Virus record (IMG/VR): IMGVR_UViG_2898902220_000006
Span: 1-64,000 of that record
Length of the DNA stretch: 64,000 bases
Direction: 5' to 3' (one strand)
From: a virus
Lineage: Duplodnaviria > Caudoviricetes
Positions 48,249 to 57,809 of the stretch are shown here, piece after piece; position 1 is the first letter of the stretch; each line of letters opens with the position of its first letter. A program made the translations under genes and the position numbers. Below the pieces are notes generated by a model, which was given only the letters and a program-made list of their open reading frames with translations, was not told the DNA's origin and did no database searches.

Positions 48249-48845
48249 ATGAGTGTATACAAAAAGATTCTCGCTGTCATGAATGATGTGTCTTATCTCC
48301 AGAAAGATGACAAAGTGGAGTTTAAAACCACGAAATATAAGGCTATCTCAGAAGAGAAAGTAACGTCTGCTGTAGGAAAAGCAATGAGGGAACATGGGCT
48401 TGTGATAATTCCTATTCATCAAGAGCATTCCAAAGTGGATCAGCTTACCACAGTGAATGTTCGGTACCGGATTGTTGATGTAGATACAGGGGACAGCATA
48501 GAAGCCGTTTCAAGTGGAACAGGAGTAGATACACAAGATAAAGGTGTAGGTAAGGCTATGACATACGCCTACAAGTATCTGCTTCTAAGAACCTTTGCGA
48601 TTCCTACAGGAGAGGACCCAGACAAAGTAAGTTCTGCTGAACTAGATGAAAAGCCTAAAGCTCAACCGAATGTTAGCAACAGTAAAGAAGCTACTTTAAA
48701 AGCCAAATGGCAGTTACTCGCTGGATCGCTAAATGGATTTGATGATTGGTATCAGAAGAAGCGAAGTGATGATCATACTGACCAAGATATTGAACAGTTC
48801 TTAACAGAAAAGCTAAAAGAGAAAGGAGTACAGCAAAGTGCTTAA
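48249..48845 (+). CDS. ERF-family single-strand annealing protein
   Basis: KVEFKTTKYK...SGTGVDTQDKGVGKAMTYAYKYLL...IPTGEDPD. Confidence 0.88.
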   Translation: MSVYKKILAVMNDVSYLQKDDKVEFKTTKYKAISEEKVTSAVGKAMREHGLVIIPIHQEHSKVDQLTTVNVRYRIVDVDTGDSIEAVSSGTGVDTQDKGVGKAMTYAYKYLLLRTFAIPTGEDPDKVSSAELDEKPKAQPNVSNSKEATLKAKWQLLAGSLNGFDDWYQKKRSDDHTDQDIEQFLTEKLKEKGVQQSA

Positions 48846-49251
48846 CAGAGTAATCCTGATCGGCAACTTAACAAAGGACCCCGAGTTGCGCTATACCTCA
48901 AACGGTGTTGCAGTAACTACTTTCACTCTAGCAATCAATCGTCCTTATTCGGGGGCAGGAAAAGAAAAGGAAGTCGACTACATCAATATAGTGGCATGGA
49001 GACAATTAGCTGACCTATGCGCTCAATATTTGGCTAAAGGTAAGAAATGCGCTGTAGAAGGTCGATTGCAAACTAGAAGCTATGACAACAAAGAAGGTAA
49101 AAGAGTCTTTGTCACTGAGGTAGTGGCTGAAAACACACATTTCCTAAGCAGTAAAGATGGACAAGCTCAACAAAGCAATGAGCGATCATTCGAAGACCCT
49201 TTTGCAAGTAACAAACCAATCAATATATCAGATGATGACTTACCTTTCTAG
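48838..49251 (+). CDS. ssb: Single-stranded DNA-binding protein
   Basis: [19 protein letters not shown]...DDDLPF. Confidence 0.96.
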   Translation: MLNRVILIGNLTKDPELRYTSNGVAVTTFTLAINRPYSGAGKEKEVDYINIVAWRQLADLCAQYLAKGKKCAVEGRLQTRSYDNKEGKRVFVTEVVAENTHFLSSKDGQAQQSNERSFEDPFASNKPINISDDDLPF

Positions 49252-49264
49252 GATGGTGATAAAC

Positions 49265-49612
49265 ATGGGATTGTTTGATGAAGTAAGAGCTGTACAAAAG
49301 CCGAATTTCAAGCGTAGAACGAAAAAACGTGTAGCCCGGGGAAGAATTTCCCCGGAGGTCTATGACGAAGTGATGAAGCGAGATAACGGGCGTTGTGTGC
49401 TATGTGGCAAGACTACATGGTTACAAGCACACCACATCATTTTTAGAAGCGAGGGAGGCACTGGAGAGGCCGATAACCTTGCCTTAGCTTGCGGGCCATC
49501 TACTCAAACAGGCACGTGCCATTGGAAGGCTCATCACACGAAGGAAGGTCGGCAAGCGTTTCGGGATTATCGAGAGAATGTATTGCTTCCATTGTATCAA
49601 GGAGCATCGTAA
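49265..49612 (+). CDS. HNH endonuclease
   Basis: RDNGRCVLCG...AHHIIFRSEGG...NLALAC...CHWKAH. Confidence 0.88.
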   Translation: MGLFDEVRAVQKPNFKRRTKKRVARGRISPEVYDEVMKRDNGRCVLCGKTTWLQAHHIIFRSEGGTGEADNLALACGPSTQTGTCHWKAHHTKEGRQAFRDYRENVLLPLYQGAS

Positions 49613-49631
49613 CAAGAGGGGAGCGCGAAGG

Positions 49632-50699
49632 ATGGACACAACAGATAAATACGGGGCGGGCTTCGTGGTCATCCCCCGTATAACCTTTGAACATTTTATA
49701 GATGAGGTACTTTATAACTACCTGATGAAGGGTGCGAATTACAAGGCATCTAGCGAGTGCCAGAGAGGACAAATGATTGTGTCGGTTAGGAAATTACCCG
49801 AAGTAATGGGATGGACTTACCAGCAGATCAGGACTTCACTAGACAGATTATCAAGCAACCATCTAATCAAAATGGAGCAGATAAAATACAAAGGCAACAA
49901 AGCTTCACTAATCACAATTGTAAATTATGACGGGTTTCAGCAGCTAGAAAACTACTCAAAAATTAACGCACCGAACAACGCACCGAACAACGCAAGTGCT
50001 AACGCACCTGATAACGCACCTAACGAACCTGAAAACGACGTTGTACCAAGCGTTTCGAGTGATGGAGAAGATGCGAACAACGCACCGAACAACGCAGGTA
50101 CAAACGCACCGAACAGCGCACCGAACAACGCTAATAGAACATCAGTTAAACAACAAGATAAACAACAAGTAAAACATATAAAAGAATCTTGTCGGAGTCG
50201 TGAAGACATTACCTCTTTTGTTGACTCGCAACAGCTCCTCAACCGGATTGAATTACCTAATCGTTTGTTTGTTGAATACTTCGATCTAGTGAGACTTCAA
50301 AGAAAATCAGGAAAGATAGCAAACAGCGTTCTTGAAGGACTGTGGGGCAGGCTAGTTAAACAGGCTGCTAATGCAAAACAATCAGCAGAAGCAAATCAGG
50401 CCATCGTCACCTATGCGCTATCTACATACATCGTGGACTACGGTCATAAGCCTGCTGAGTATGCATTCGGTATCATTCGCAATACAAGCGAGCCTGAAGC
50501 AAGACAGGGGCTTATCAGATTGCAGAACATGAAAGAAGACAAATCCTCTAGAGGTGATAAACATGATCCAAGCAGGGGCGGGGCTAGAAGAAAAGTTCCG
50601 GGAGTTGCAAAGAAAAATGGCGATCAATTCGCCCACCTCAACATCAATTCAGTACCAGTGCTTAACGTGCAAGGATTTAGGTGGGAAGATGTCCAGTGA
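49632..50699 (+). CDS. Replication initiator protein
   Basis: RGQMIVSVRKL...WTYQQIRTSL...ITIVNYDGFQ wHTH; internal NAPN repeats; upstream of DnaC. Confidence 0.8.
   Translation: MDTTDKYGAGFVVIPRITFEHFIDEVLYNYLMKGANYKASSECQRGQMIVSVRKLPEVMGWTYQQIRTSLDRLSSNHLIKMEQIKYKGNKASLITIVNYDGFQQLENYSKINAPNNAPNNASANAPDNAPNEPENDVVPSVSSDGEDANNAPNNAGTNAPNSAPNNANRTSVKQQDKQQVKHIKESCRSREDITSFVDSQQLLNRIELPNRLFVEYFDLVRLQRKSGKIANSVLEGLWGRLVKQAANAKQSAEANQAIVTYALSTYIVDYGHKPAEYAFGIIRNTSEPEARQGLIRLQNMKEDKSSRGDKHDPSRGGARRKVPGVAKKNGDQFAHLNINSVPVLNVQGFRWEDVQ
49965..50131 (+). repeat. 12-bp AACGCACCGAAC iteron-like repeats in two clusters (probable origin)
   Basis: About 10 exact or degenerate copies encoding NAPN. Confidence 0.8.
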
Positions 50700-51378
50700 T
50701 GAATATGATTACAAGGGCAAGAAAATCAAGTATGAGATTTGGCAAGAATGCGAGTGCAGAGAACTCAAGAGGATTGAACGTATGTTTCAGTCCAGTCATA
50801 TCACAGAGGGATTCCGAAAAATGGGATTCAAAAGTTTTATTTGCGACAACAGACCACCAGTCATTCAGCAAGCTTTTGATATTGCAGCCGCATACTTCAA
50901 AAATTTTGAACAGATACGAAAAGAGGAACGAAATAGTATAGCTCTTCTAGGGAGACCAGGTTCAGGGAAAACGCACCTACTAATGGCAATATCAAACAAC
51001 CTAATTAAAAGAGGTGTACCAGTTTTTTACTTCCCATGGGTTGAGGGTCTTAACGAGTTGAAGGATGACTTTGACCAGTTGAATGCAAAAGTTAGAAGGT
51101 TACAAACGGTTGAAGTATTGTTTCTGGATGATCTGTTCAAAGCAAGAGCAAACCCTACTGATTTTCAACTAGAGCAGCTATTCGCCATCGTCAATTACCG
51201 GTATTTAAATAATCTACCGATCTTAGTTTCGTCAGAAAGAACATTCAAGGAGATGTGCATTATTGATGAGGGAACAGGGTCTCGGCTATACAAAATGACA
51301 AAAGATTATCGAGTTACATTCGAAGGCGAAGGATTGAACTACAGATTAAAAGATGTGGAGGGATATACACATGTTTAA
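50563..51378 (+). CDS. DnaC/IstB-like helicase loader
   Basis: CLTCKD...CEC zinc site, GRPGSGKTHL, LFLDDL, VSSE. Confidence 0.92.
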   Translation: MIQAGAGLEEKFRELQRKMAINSPTSTSIQYQCLTCKDLGGKMSSDEYDYKGKKIKYEIWQECECRELKRIERMFQSSHITEGFRKMGFKSFICDNRPPVIQQAFDIAAAYFKNFEQIRKEERNSIALLGRPGSGKTHLLMAISNNLIKRGVPVFYFPWVEGLNELKDDFDQLNAKVRRLQTVEVLFLDDLFKARANPTDFQLEQLFAIVNYRYLNNLPILVSSERTFKEMCIIDEGTGSRLYKMTKDYRVTFEGEGLNYRLKDVEGYTHV

Positions 51379-51640
51379 ACGACTAACACAAGATGAGCTT
51401 AGTCAAATACGTACAGACATTTTCCAAGGGCGTCCAGACAGAGTGACAACACACGATCTACAACGCCTAGTAAACGAACGAGATGCGTTTGAGTTCATGG
51501 TGAAACAGCAGGAGGCAGGACAACAACGAATCAATGAGTTTTTAACAGTTCTAGAGATTCAAAGCCAGCAAGAAGAAGAAATCAAGGCGCTTAAACAACG
51601 ATTAGAAAAATATGAGCCAACACTAAATCAAGCTGTCTAG
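51371..51640 (+). CDS. Hypothetical protein
   Basis: RBS GGAGGG. Confidence 0.65.
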   Translation: MFKRLTQDELSQIRTDIFQGRPDRVTTHDLQRLVNERDAFEFMVKQQEAGQQRINEFLTVLEIQSQQEEEIKALKQRLEKYEPTLNQAV

Positions 51641-51652
51641 GAGGAATCGAGC

Positions 51653-52459
51653 ATGAATCAATTACAAGTAATCGAACAGCGTGAGGTATTAGGCAAAGGA
51701 TTCACCGTTTACGGAGACTTGGACCAGCCTTTATTTTTGGCAAAGGACGTTGCAGGATGGATCGAACATAGTAATCCTAGATCAATGCTACGTACAGTTG
51801 ACGAGAGTGAAAAAGCGAAAATCTCCTACCCTGTAAACAATCCTTACGGCGGGTACCAGGAGGAAGAACAGTGGTTTCTCACGGAAGATGGGGTTTACGA
51901 AGTCTTAATGCAAAGTCGTAAGCCAATTGCTAAACAGTTCAAGAAACAAGTAAAAGAAATTCTAAAGTCTATCCGCAAACACGGTATGTATGCCAAGGAC
52001 GAGATTTTAGACAATCCTGACTTGTTGCTGGATGTAGTCACTAAACTCAAAGATGAACGGGATAAGCGTTTAACAGCCGAAATGAAAGCATTGACCTTGG
52101 AACAACAAGTAGCAGAGTACGAACCAAAAATTACGTATCTGGACCAGATTCTACAAAGCAAGGATGCTGTAACCATTACGCAAATCGCAAAGGATTACGG
52201 CATGACTGGAACAGAGCTTAACCGTTTACTTAACGAAGAAGGCATACAGTACAAACAGAACGATCAATGGCTCTTATATCGCAAGTATCAAAGCGAAGGC
52301 TATACAAAGTCTATGACCCTAACCATTCCACGATCAGACGGCTCACAAATGGTCAAAATGAATACTCGCTGGACCCAAAAAGGACGGCTATTCATTCATG
52401 AACTACTGAAGAAACGAAACATTACCGCAATAATTGATCGGAAAGACATCGGGGCATAG
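51653..52459 (+). CDS. BRO-N / KilAC antirepressor
   Basis: PLFLAKDVA...FLTEDGVYEVLM...IRKHGMY; ITQIAKDYG...WTQKGRLFI. Confidence 0.93.
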   Translation: MNQLQVIEQREVLGKGFTVYGDLDQPLFLAKDVAGWIEHSNPRSMLRTVDESEKAKISYPVNNPYGGYQEEEQWFLTEDGVYEVLMQSRKPIAKQFKKQVKEILKSIRKHGMYAKDEILDNPDLLLDVVTKLKDERDKRLTAEMKALTLEQQVAEYEPKITYLDQILQSKDAVTITQIAKDYGMTGTELNRLLNEEGIQYKQNDQWLLYRKYQSEGYTKSMTLTIPRSDGSQMVKMNTRWTQKGRLFIHELLKKRNITAIIDRKDIGA

Positions 52460-52470
52460 GAGAAGATCAG

Positions 52471-52680
52471 ATGAACAACGACAAAGCAGTATTAGCCTTA
52501 CAAATTAACTACTTTAAAAAATACGTACATGAGTTAGAAGAGGATATCAAAAACGTGCAGTATGACTACTCTAAAAGAATTCTGGAGGGCAGTCTCAAAG
52601 ACTATCAGAAGGGCTTGGCAGAGGTTCAAGCTAGATGGGAGGCACTAGATGCGAGAGATAAAGTTCCGTGCTTGGGATGA
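52471..52680 (+). CDS. Hypothetical protein
   Basis: RBS AGGAG. Confidence 0.6.
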   Translation: MNNDKAVLALQINYFKKYVHELEEDIKNVQYDYSKRILEGSLKDYQKGLAEVQARWEALDARDKVPCLG

Positions 52681-53029
52681 CGTAAGTAAAGTAATGTCAT
52701 TTAGTAATTTCGAACAGTTCGATGACATGATGGGGTTCCGATTTTCTCACTTTGAAACAGTGAAACCTATTTACATGCAGTGTACTGGGATTCGTGATAA
52801 AAACGGCAAGGAGATTTACGAGGGGGATTTTGTACGAGTACTTATACAAGGTGGTTACAGTCAACATTTTATCGATCAAGAAGTAGTGACATCAGTCATG
52901 TACATTCCGAGTAAAGCTCACTATAAACCGTTTGATCAATGCAGAATATGGATGGAAGACGGGAAATTGCCGAAAGTGGAAGTCATCGGTAACATTTACG
53001 AGCATCCACATCTGTTAAATCAAGAGTGA
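52649..53029 (+). CDS. YopX-family protein
   Basis: MREIKFRAWD...MQCTGIRDKNGKEIYEGD...EVIGNIYE. Confidence 0.92.
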   Translation: MREIKFRAWDDVSKVMSFSNFEQFDDMMGFRFSHFETVKPIYMQCTGIRDKNGKEIYEGDFVRVLIQGGYSQHFIDQEVVTSVMYIPSKAHYKPFDQCRIWMEDGKLPKVEVIGNIYEHPHLLNQE

Positions 53030-53046
53030 GCAAACGGAGGGAGAGC

Positions 53047-53202
53047 ATGAACGAACACAAGCTTGACCAGAGCAAAAGCCATAAGAAGGGCAAACCATTT
53101 ATTCATGTACCAAGACATATAAGCGAATGGGCAAAGAACAGCAGTACAAACGCCACAGTAAACAACTACAAAATAGGCGGCGGTAGAGCATCCAATAAAT
53201 AA
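53047..53202 (+). CDS. 51-aa basic hypothetical protein (not in ORF track)
   Basis: RBS GGAGGAG; ends IGGGRASNK. Confidence 0.55.
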   Translation: MNEHKLDQSKSHKKGKPFIHVPRHISEWAKNSSTNATVNNYKIGGGRASNK

Positions 53203-53395
53203 AAAAATAGGGGAGCGATCTCAGATGAATACACAGGACAATCAAAAAGTTCAACAATCATTGAACAAAAAGCAGCTGGATTGGCAGAAACAAGTCATTC
53301 GTGAGGAGATGGGTACCGATGTCAAATAGCTACGGCTTTACATGGGTTGAAGTTGATGAGGGGCAAGCGCTGAGAGAGTGGTCGGACAGCAAGAA

Positions 53396-53608
53396 TTACC
53401 CTCCAGACAAGGGATAAGCTTCACCAGCTCTTCCAAACAACAAATGCACGACATGATACTGCCGCACTGGTAGATCAGGAAAAACAAACCTAACGTTATC
53501 GCTGTTTCGGATAGCTTCTACATCAAACACTATGCCGTGTCGTCGAAACTTTCTAACTAACCTAGCAGATCGGCTACACGGCACTAGATAATAAAACGAT
53601 TTTTGCAT
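53396..53608 (-). CDS. Counter-oriented hypothetical protein
   Basis: RBS AAAAGGAG. Confidence 0.6.
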   Translation of the reverse strand: MQKSFYYLVPCSRSARLVRKFRRHGIVFDVEAIRNSDNVRFVFPDLPVRQYHVVHLLFGRAGEAYPLSGG

Positions 53609-53670
53609 GATATCAACTCCTTTTGATAGAGCGTAACACTAGCATTTGGGACAAAAATAGGAGGTACAAG

Positions 53671-54087
53671 ATGCGAGAAGTAAAGTTCAGAATTTGGGAT
53701 AAAGCAAATGAAATCATCATTCAAGACGACGGGCATTTTTATATTACAGCAGATGGAGATGTAATTGGTGTAAACGATGATTTAGATATTTCAGAGAGTG
53801 TTATCCTCATGCAATACACCGGACTCAAAGACCGCAACGCTAAGGAAATATACGAAGGGGATATTTTCCAAACAGGCAACTATCCACTAACTAAAGAAGA
53901 TGATTACGTGGGTGTAGTTGAATATGACCATGATAGATTTTGGGGCGTAAAGAGAGTTAAAGCTGGCTCAGATGTACGAGGTATTTCAGACGGTATGGCA
54001 GATGGTCTTTGGGAGTTTATAGATGAATCAATTGAAGTCATCGGCAATATCTACGAACGTCCAGAGTTACTGGAGGAAGCACGATGA
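53671..54087 (+). CDS. Second YopX-family protein
   Basis: MREVKFRIWD...MQYTGLKDRNAKEIYEGD...EVIGNIYE. Confidence 0.92.
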   Translation: MREVKFRIWDKANEIIIQDDGHFYITADGDVIGVNDDLDISESVILMQYTGLKDRNAKEIYEGDIFQTGNYPLTKEDDYVGVVEYDHDRFWGVKRVKAGSDVRGISDGMADGLWEFIDESIEVIGNIYERPELLEEAR

Positions 54088-54144
54088 CCGAACAGCAGAT
54101 CACTTGGGACAAAAAGATATGTTAAATGGTCAGCAACGAGAGAG

Positions 54145-55161
54145 GTGAACGAAGTGATAAAAATACTTGAATTATTCGGAGGAATTGGAGCACCAAGGAA
54201 GGCGCTCGTTAACTTAGGAATCGATCATAAAGCAATTGATTATGTGGAATGGCAAGCGAACAGAGTAAAGGCATATAACGCTCTTTATGACCATCTACAC
54301 AAACCACAAGATGTTAAAGGATGGAATTTAAAGCCTGACATTCTAGTTCATGGGTCACCTTGTCAAGATAACAGTAGAGCAAATAAAAAACGTAAAGGTA
54401 CTGCTAAAGATTCACGTTCGCAATTGTTGCTTGAAACGTTGCGGATAATCAAAGAAATGGGTGAATGGCGACCGAAAGTTGTTATTTGGGAGAACGTGAA
54501 AGGTGTACTTGATCGTAATGTAGTGCCAGTTTTTAATTATTATCTTCAAGAAATGAAAATGTTAGGTTATACAAACACCTTTGATGTATTGGATGCTAGA
54601 AATTTCGGTATTCCCCATGCGAGAGAAAGAGTGTTTTGTATCTCATTATTAGGAAACGAAACATTTGATTTTAGTAAGCTGCGGTATAAACCAATGAAGA
54701 ACATTAAAGAGTTTTTAGAGTATGAACCAGATGATGAGATTCCATCACAATACTTAATTAATATTCCATCGATGTTAAGTAAAATTAAAGAATTTAATCC
54801 AAGGGTAAGTGGGAGTTATAAACGACAGTTAGATGTTATTAATGATTATTGTTATACGATTACCGAAAGACAAGATAGATGCCCAAACGCTGGAATTATT
54901 CGACTAAACAAACCGCAATATCGTTATTTAACAGAGCGTGAGTGTTGGCGATTACTAGGTTTTGATGATGAAGATTATGAGCTTATGTTAAAAGAATTTC
55001 CAAGTAAGAATGGGAAGCGTAATGCAACTCTTTATGCTCTAGCTGGAAATAGCATTGTAGTTGATGTGCTAGAAGCAATTTTTGAAGTGTTGCTGACAGG
55101 AAACCACGAGCAAATAGAAATCAATACTAACAGATCCGGTCAACTGGAGTTGGTTTGTTAA
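54145..55161 (+). CDS. Orphan C5-cytosine DNA methyltransferase
   Basis: LELFGGIG (I), GSPCQ (IV), WENV (VI), HARERVF (VIII), LAGNSI (X). Confidence 0.93.
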   Translation: MNEVIKILELFGGIGAPRKALVNLGIDHKAIDYVEWQANRVKAYNALYDHLHKPQDVKGWNLKPDILVHGSPCQDNSRANKKRKGTAKDSRSQLLLETLRIIKEMGEWRPKVVIWENVKGVLDRNVVPVFNYYLQEMKMLGYTNTFDVLDARNFGIPHARERVFCISLLGNETFDFSKLRYKPMKNIKEFLEYEPDDEIPSQYLINIPSMLSKIKEFNPRVSGSYKRQLDVINDYCYTITERQDRCPNAGIIRLNKPQYRYLTERECWRLLGFDDEDYELMLKEFPSKNGKRNATLYALAGNSIVVDVLEAIFEVLLTGNHEQIEINTNRSGQLELVC

Positions 55162-55195
55162 GCTATTCAACACATTAAGTAGGGAGGAATGAACG

Positions 55196-55588
55196 GTGCT
55201 GAAACTAAACAAGCAGCAACGCATTGAGATAGTAAATAGGATCATCAAGGAAATATCACAAAGAGGACGTGGATTCTTTTATTCCAAGGATAAGGAGCGT
55301 ACGGCTTACTTTGTTCAAGGCGAACGTACTTTGTGGTTTATAGACGAATACACAGGAATTCCTATCAAGATGGTAAAAGGACAAATGTACAACGATAGAG
55401 GATTTTCTCATGGCGGTACATTGTGGGGGTTAGTCAATGACTTTAAAGATTTTATTAATGGCGATGATGATGCTAACCACAACAATGGTTATGGCGGTCT
55501 GTATTGTCCGCATTGGGGCTATCCAGAAGAAGATATGGAAGCCATACAAAAATATGCAATTGAATTAGGATATTTGAAATCAACTTAA
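55196..55588 (+). CDS. Phage hypothetical protein
   Basis: GTG after GGGAGG; FSHGGTL motif. Confidence 0.7.
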   Translation: MLKLNKQQRIEIVNRIIKEISQRGRGFFYSKDKERTAYFVQGERTLWFIDEYTGIPIKMVKGQMYNDRGFSHGGTLWGLVNDFKDFINGDDDANHNNGYGGLYCPHWGYPEEDMEAIQKYAIELGYLKST

Positions 55589-55612
55589 CACAATAGTTAG
55601 GGAGGAAGCACA

Positions 55613-55960
55613 ATGACCGAACAACAGATCATTGTAACACTGGCAACTAAGGTGATGGGGTGGAAAAGGTATCAAGAAACAGACTTTTGGTTTGGCTATA
55701 ATGGTAATTTGTTTAATTCTAGTCTTTGGAATCCACTCCAAAATATAGCTGATGCGTGGATGATCATGGAGGAAATGCGAAAACGACAGTATTATCTAGT
55801 GATTTCACCTTGTTTCATTGGGTATGAAGTTTATCCACAAAGAGTAAACGGATCAAGAATATGTGAGGAAGTTTATGCGAAAACAGTACAAGAAGCCATC
55901 TGCAACGCTGCTATGCGGTTGGTTGGAAAGGAGAAGCATGATGGCGAGACAGCGAAATGA
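55613..55960 (+). CDS. Phage hypothetical protein
   Basis: LATKVMGW...WNPLQNIADAW...EAICNAA. Confidence 0.75.
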   Translation: MTEQQIIVTLATKVMGWKRYQETDFWFGYNGNLFNSSLWNPLQNIADAWMIMEEMRKRQYYLVISPCFIGYEVYPQRVNGSRICEEVYAKTVQEAICNAAMRLVGKEKHDGETAK

Positions 55961-56063
55961 GATGAAAGAAGCTTTAGGATTCTTGGCTATATTGGCTGGA
56001 GTTGGACTGCTTTCATTGGTTGGGTTGATTATATACGGTATTTATTGGGCGGTGACAGGATGA
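55938..56063 (+). CDS. Small membrane protein
   Basis: RBS AAGGAG; single TM helix. Confidence 0.55.
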   Translation: MMARQRNEMKEALGFLAILAGVGLLSLVGLIIYGIYWAVTG

Positions 56064-56149
56064 GGAAGCTTATGTGCTACTTTTTCGGACACAAGCTCTT
56101 TGATCGCAAAGGGATAATGCACGCTTATTGCCTGCGATGCGACAGGTAA
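56060..56149 (+). CDS. 29-aa DUF1660-like Cys/His peptide (not in ORF track)
   Basis: MRKLMCYFFGHKLF...YCLRCDR. Confidence 0.6.
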   Translation: MRKLMCYFFGHKLFDRKGIMHAYCLRCDR

Positions 56150-56182
56150 CACAACATACGATTTGTTTAATGGGGTGATGAA

Positions 56183-56377
56183 GTGGAAGATCATAAAGCT
56201 GGCTTCAAGGTAATATGTCTGGCATGCGGTAGCGAAGTGATCATCACCAACGATTACAAACGAGATTGTCCAATTGAAATATATACACGCCATGATGACA
56301 GTTGGACGGGATGCTCAAGCATTGAAGTAAATATTGATTGTAAGTGCGGTCAAATGATCGAGTTCAGAACGTGGTGA
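56183..56377 (+). CDS. Small zinc-ribbon protein
   Basis: CLACG...CKCG. Confidence 0.65.
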   Translation: MEDHKAGFKVICLACGSEVIITNDYKRDCPIEIYTRHDDSWTGCSSIEVNIDCKCGQMIEFRTW

Positions 56378-56414
56378 TTAGACGTAAAAAATTGATAAAT
56401 AGGAGGGTAATGAA

Positions 56415-56618
56415 ATGGATATAAATGACCTGTTCGTTAAGGTTGTTGATAACGGTCATTCAATAATTGCTCAGAAAGGGAACCAACGGCATGTATATAC
56501 GAGGGAATATCTAACAAAATGCTGGCTGACTATGAGTAATGATTGCTTTTTTAACATGTTTGGCTTTAATTGGGTTCCACCAACCAGTTTACAAGATCGG
56601 GTAAGAAAAACGCTTTGA
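56415..56618 (+). CDS. Hypothetical protein
   Basis: RBS AGGAGGG. Confidence 0.65.
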   Translation: MDINDLFVKVVDNGHSIIAQKGNQRHVYTREYLTKCWLTMSNDCFFNMFGFNWVPPTSLQDRVRKTL

Positions 56619-56635
56619 TAAGGAGTGAAAGCGAC

Positions 56636-56830
56636 ATGCCGAAAACGTTTGAAATCGAATGTAATGGGGAAGCGACGGAGCATGAAGTTGGGGCAACAGA
56701 GTGCCCTGGTTGTTTCAAAAAACCAGAACCATGCGAGTGTGGAGGATTGGTACATTGTCAATTTATAGATTACGTCGAAAGTGGCACAGCAGTGATTTAT
56801 CAGTGTGACAAGTGTGGGGAAATATCATAA
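56636..56830 (+). CDS. Small zinc-ribbon protein
   Basis: CPGC...CECGGLVH...CDKCG. Confidence 0.65.
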   Translation: MPKTFEIECNGEATEHEVGATECPGCFKKPEPCECGGLVHCQFIDYVESGTAVIYQCDKCGEIS

Positions 56831-56864
56831 CAAACCATCACTTGTGATAAGGGAGGAATAAATC

Positions 56865-57065
56865 ATGAAACAAGAAGTGTACGAGAAAAAATTGGTTGAT
56901 CTAATGAATGATTTACAAGTGGTTAAAACTAACGCAGGTCGCGAAGCTATTAATGCTCATATTAATCAGTTGAACGAAGTGATCATGAGAGAAAAGGGCT
57001 TATCGAGTGCATGCACTTGCGAAGAACATGAATGTTGTCCAGAATGTTCACCGGATGAGAACTGA
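56865..57065 (+). CDS. Hypothetical protein with Cys-rich tail
   Basis: RBS GGGAGG; CTCEEHECCPEC. Confidence 0.65.
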   Translation: MKQEVYEKKLVDLMNDLQVVKTNAGREAINAHINQLNEVIMREKGLSSACTCEEHECCPECSPDEN

Positions 57066-57161
57066 ACACAACGCATGATTTGTAAAAGAAGTTATCGCTC
57101 ATTACAAGGTAACTCCTGTTAAAAAGAATGAGCCATTACTTGTGATAAGGGAGGATGCGGA

Positions 57162-57809
57162 ATGAAGAACCGGCAACGTAAAAAGATTTTGAAGATAGTT
57201 GCTCGTCAGATTAACAGTGGTGATTTCACTAAGTTAAAACCAGTCTACTTCCGATGCGTTGATAAAACAATTGACGACTACATCTATAACAAATACATTA
57301 CGGAGTTTCAGCCGTGGTGGTACGACCAAATCGACAACTGGAGCAATATGAATCTTGGAGAAGAGCATGGGAAGCACTACGATAAAACTATCGCAGAGCT
57401 ACAAAATTGGACAGGTATTAACATGGAACAATACCGCCAGTATTTTGAACTCAACGACAAATATGTTCCAAAAAGAAAGCGTGGTAAACGCAAGTCGAGA
57501 AAATCAAAGGAGCAACCAATCAGGAAACTGAAAAATCCTAAGGAGTACAAAATCAGGGTTATCCAAGACGGTAAACCAGAATGGGAAAGTATTATTGCTG
57601 AACAAGCCTTTCAATACCGTGGTTGTGAGTTCTTTATTACTCATTATCATGGTTGGTGGGTAGTATCAGATGTTGCAGCAGGAATTCAAATTGCTCGCCA
57701 TGACCGATATAAGAAGTCGATTCAACTTGCTAAGGAACGGATAGAGAATAATTTTGAAAAGTATGTCTCGCAGGTTACTAGCAGCTATTTGAAGGAGGAT
57801 GCAGAATGA
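57162..57809 (+). CDS. Hypothetical protein
   Basis: RBS GGGAGG; 215 aa. Confidence 0.7.
   Translation: MKNRQRKKILKIVARQINSGDFTKLKPVYFRCVDKTIDDYIYNKYITEFQPWWYDQIDNWSNMNLGEEHGKHYDKTIAELQNWTGINMEQYRQYFELNDKYVPKRKRGKRKSRKSKEQPIRKLKNPKEYKIRVIQDGKPEWESIIAEQAFQYRGCEFFITHYHGWWVVSDVAAGIQIARHDRYKKSIQLAKERIENNFEKYVSQVTSSYLKEDAE

Noticed and set aside
49965-50131. CRISPR array
   Set aside because: 12-bp tandem coding repeats, no unique spacers, no cas genes
55580-55605. Integron attC (ACTTAAC...GTTAGGG)
   Set aside because: Far too short, with no bulged hairpin and no integron integrase
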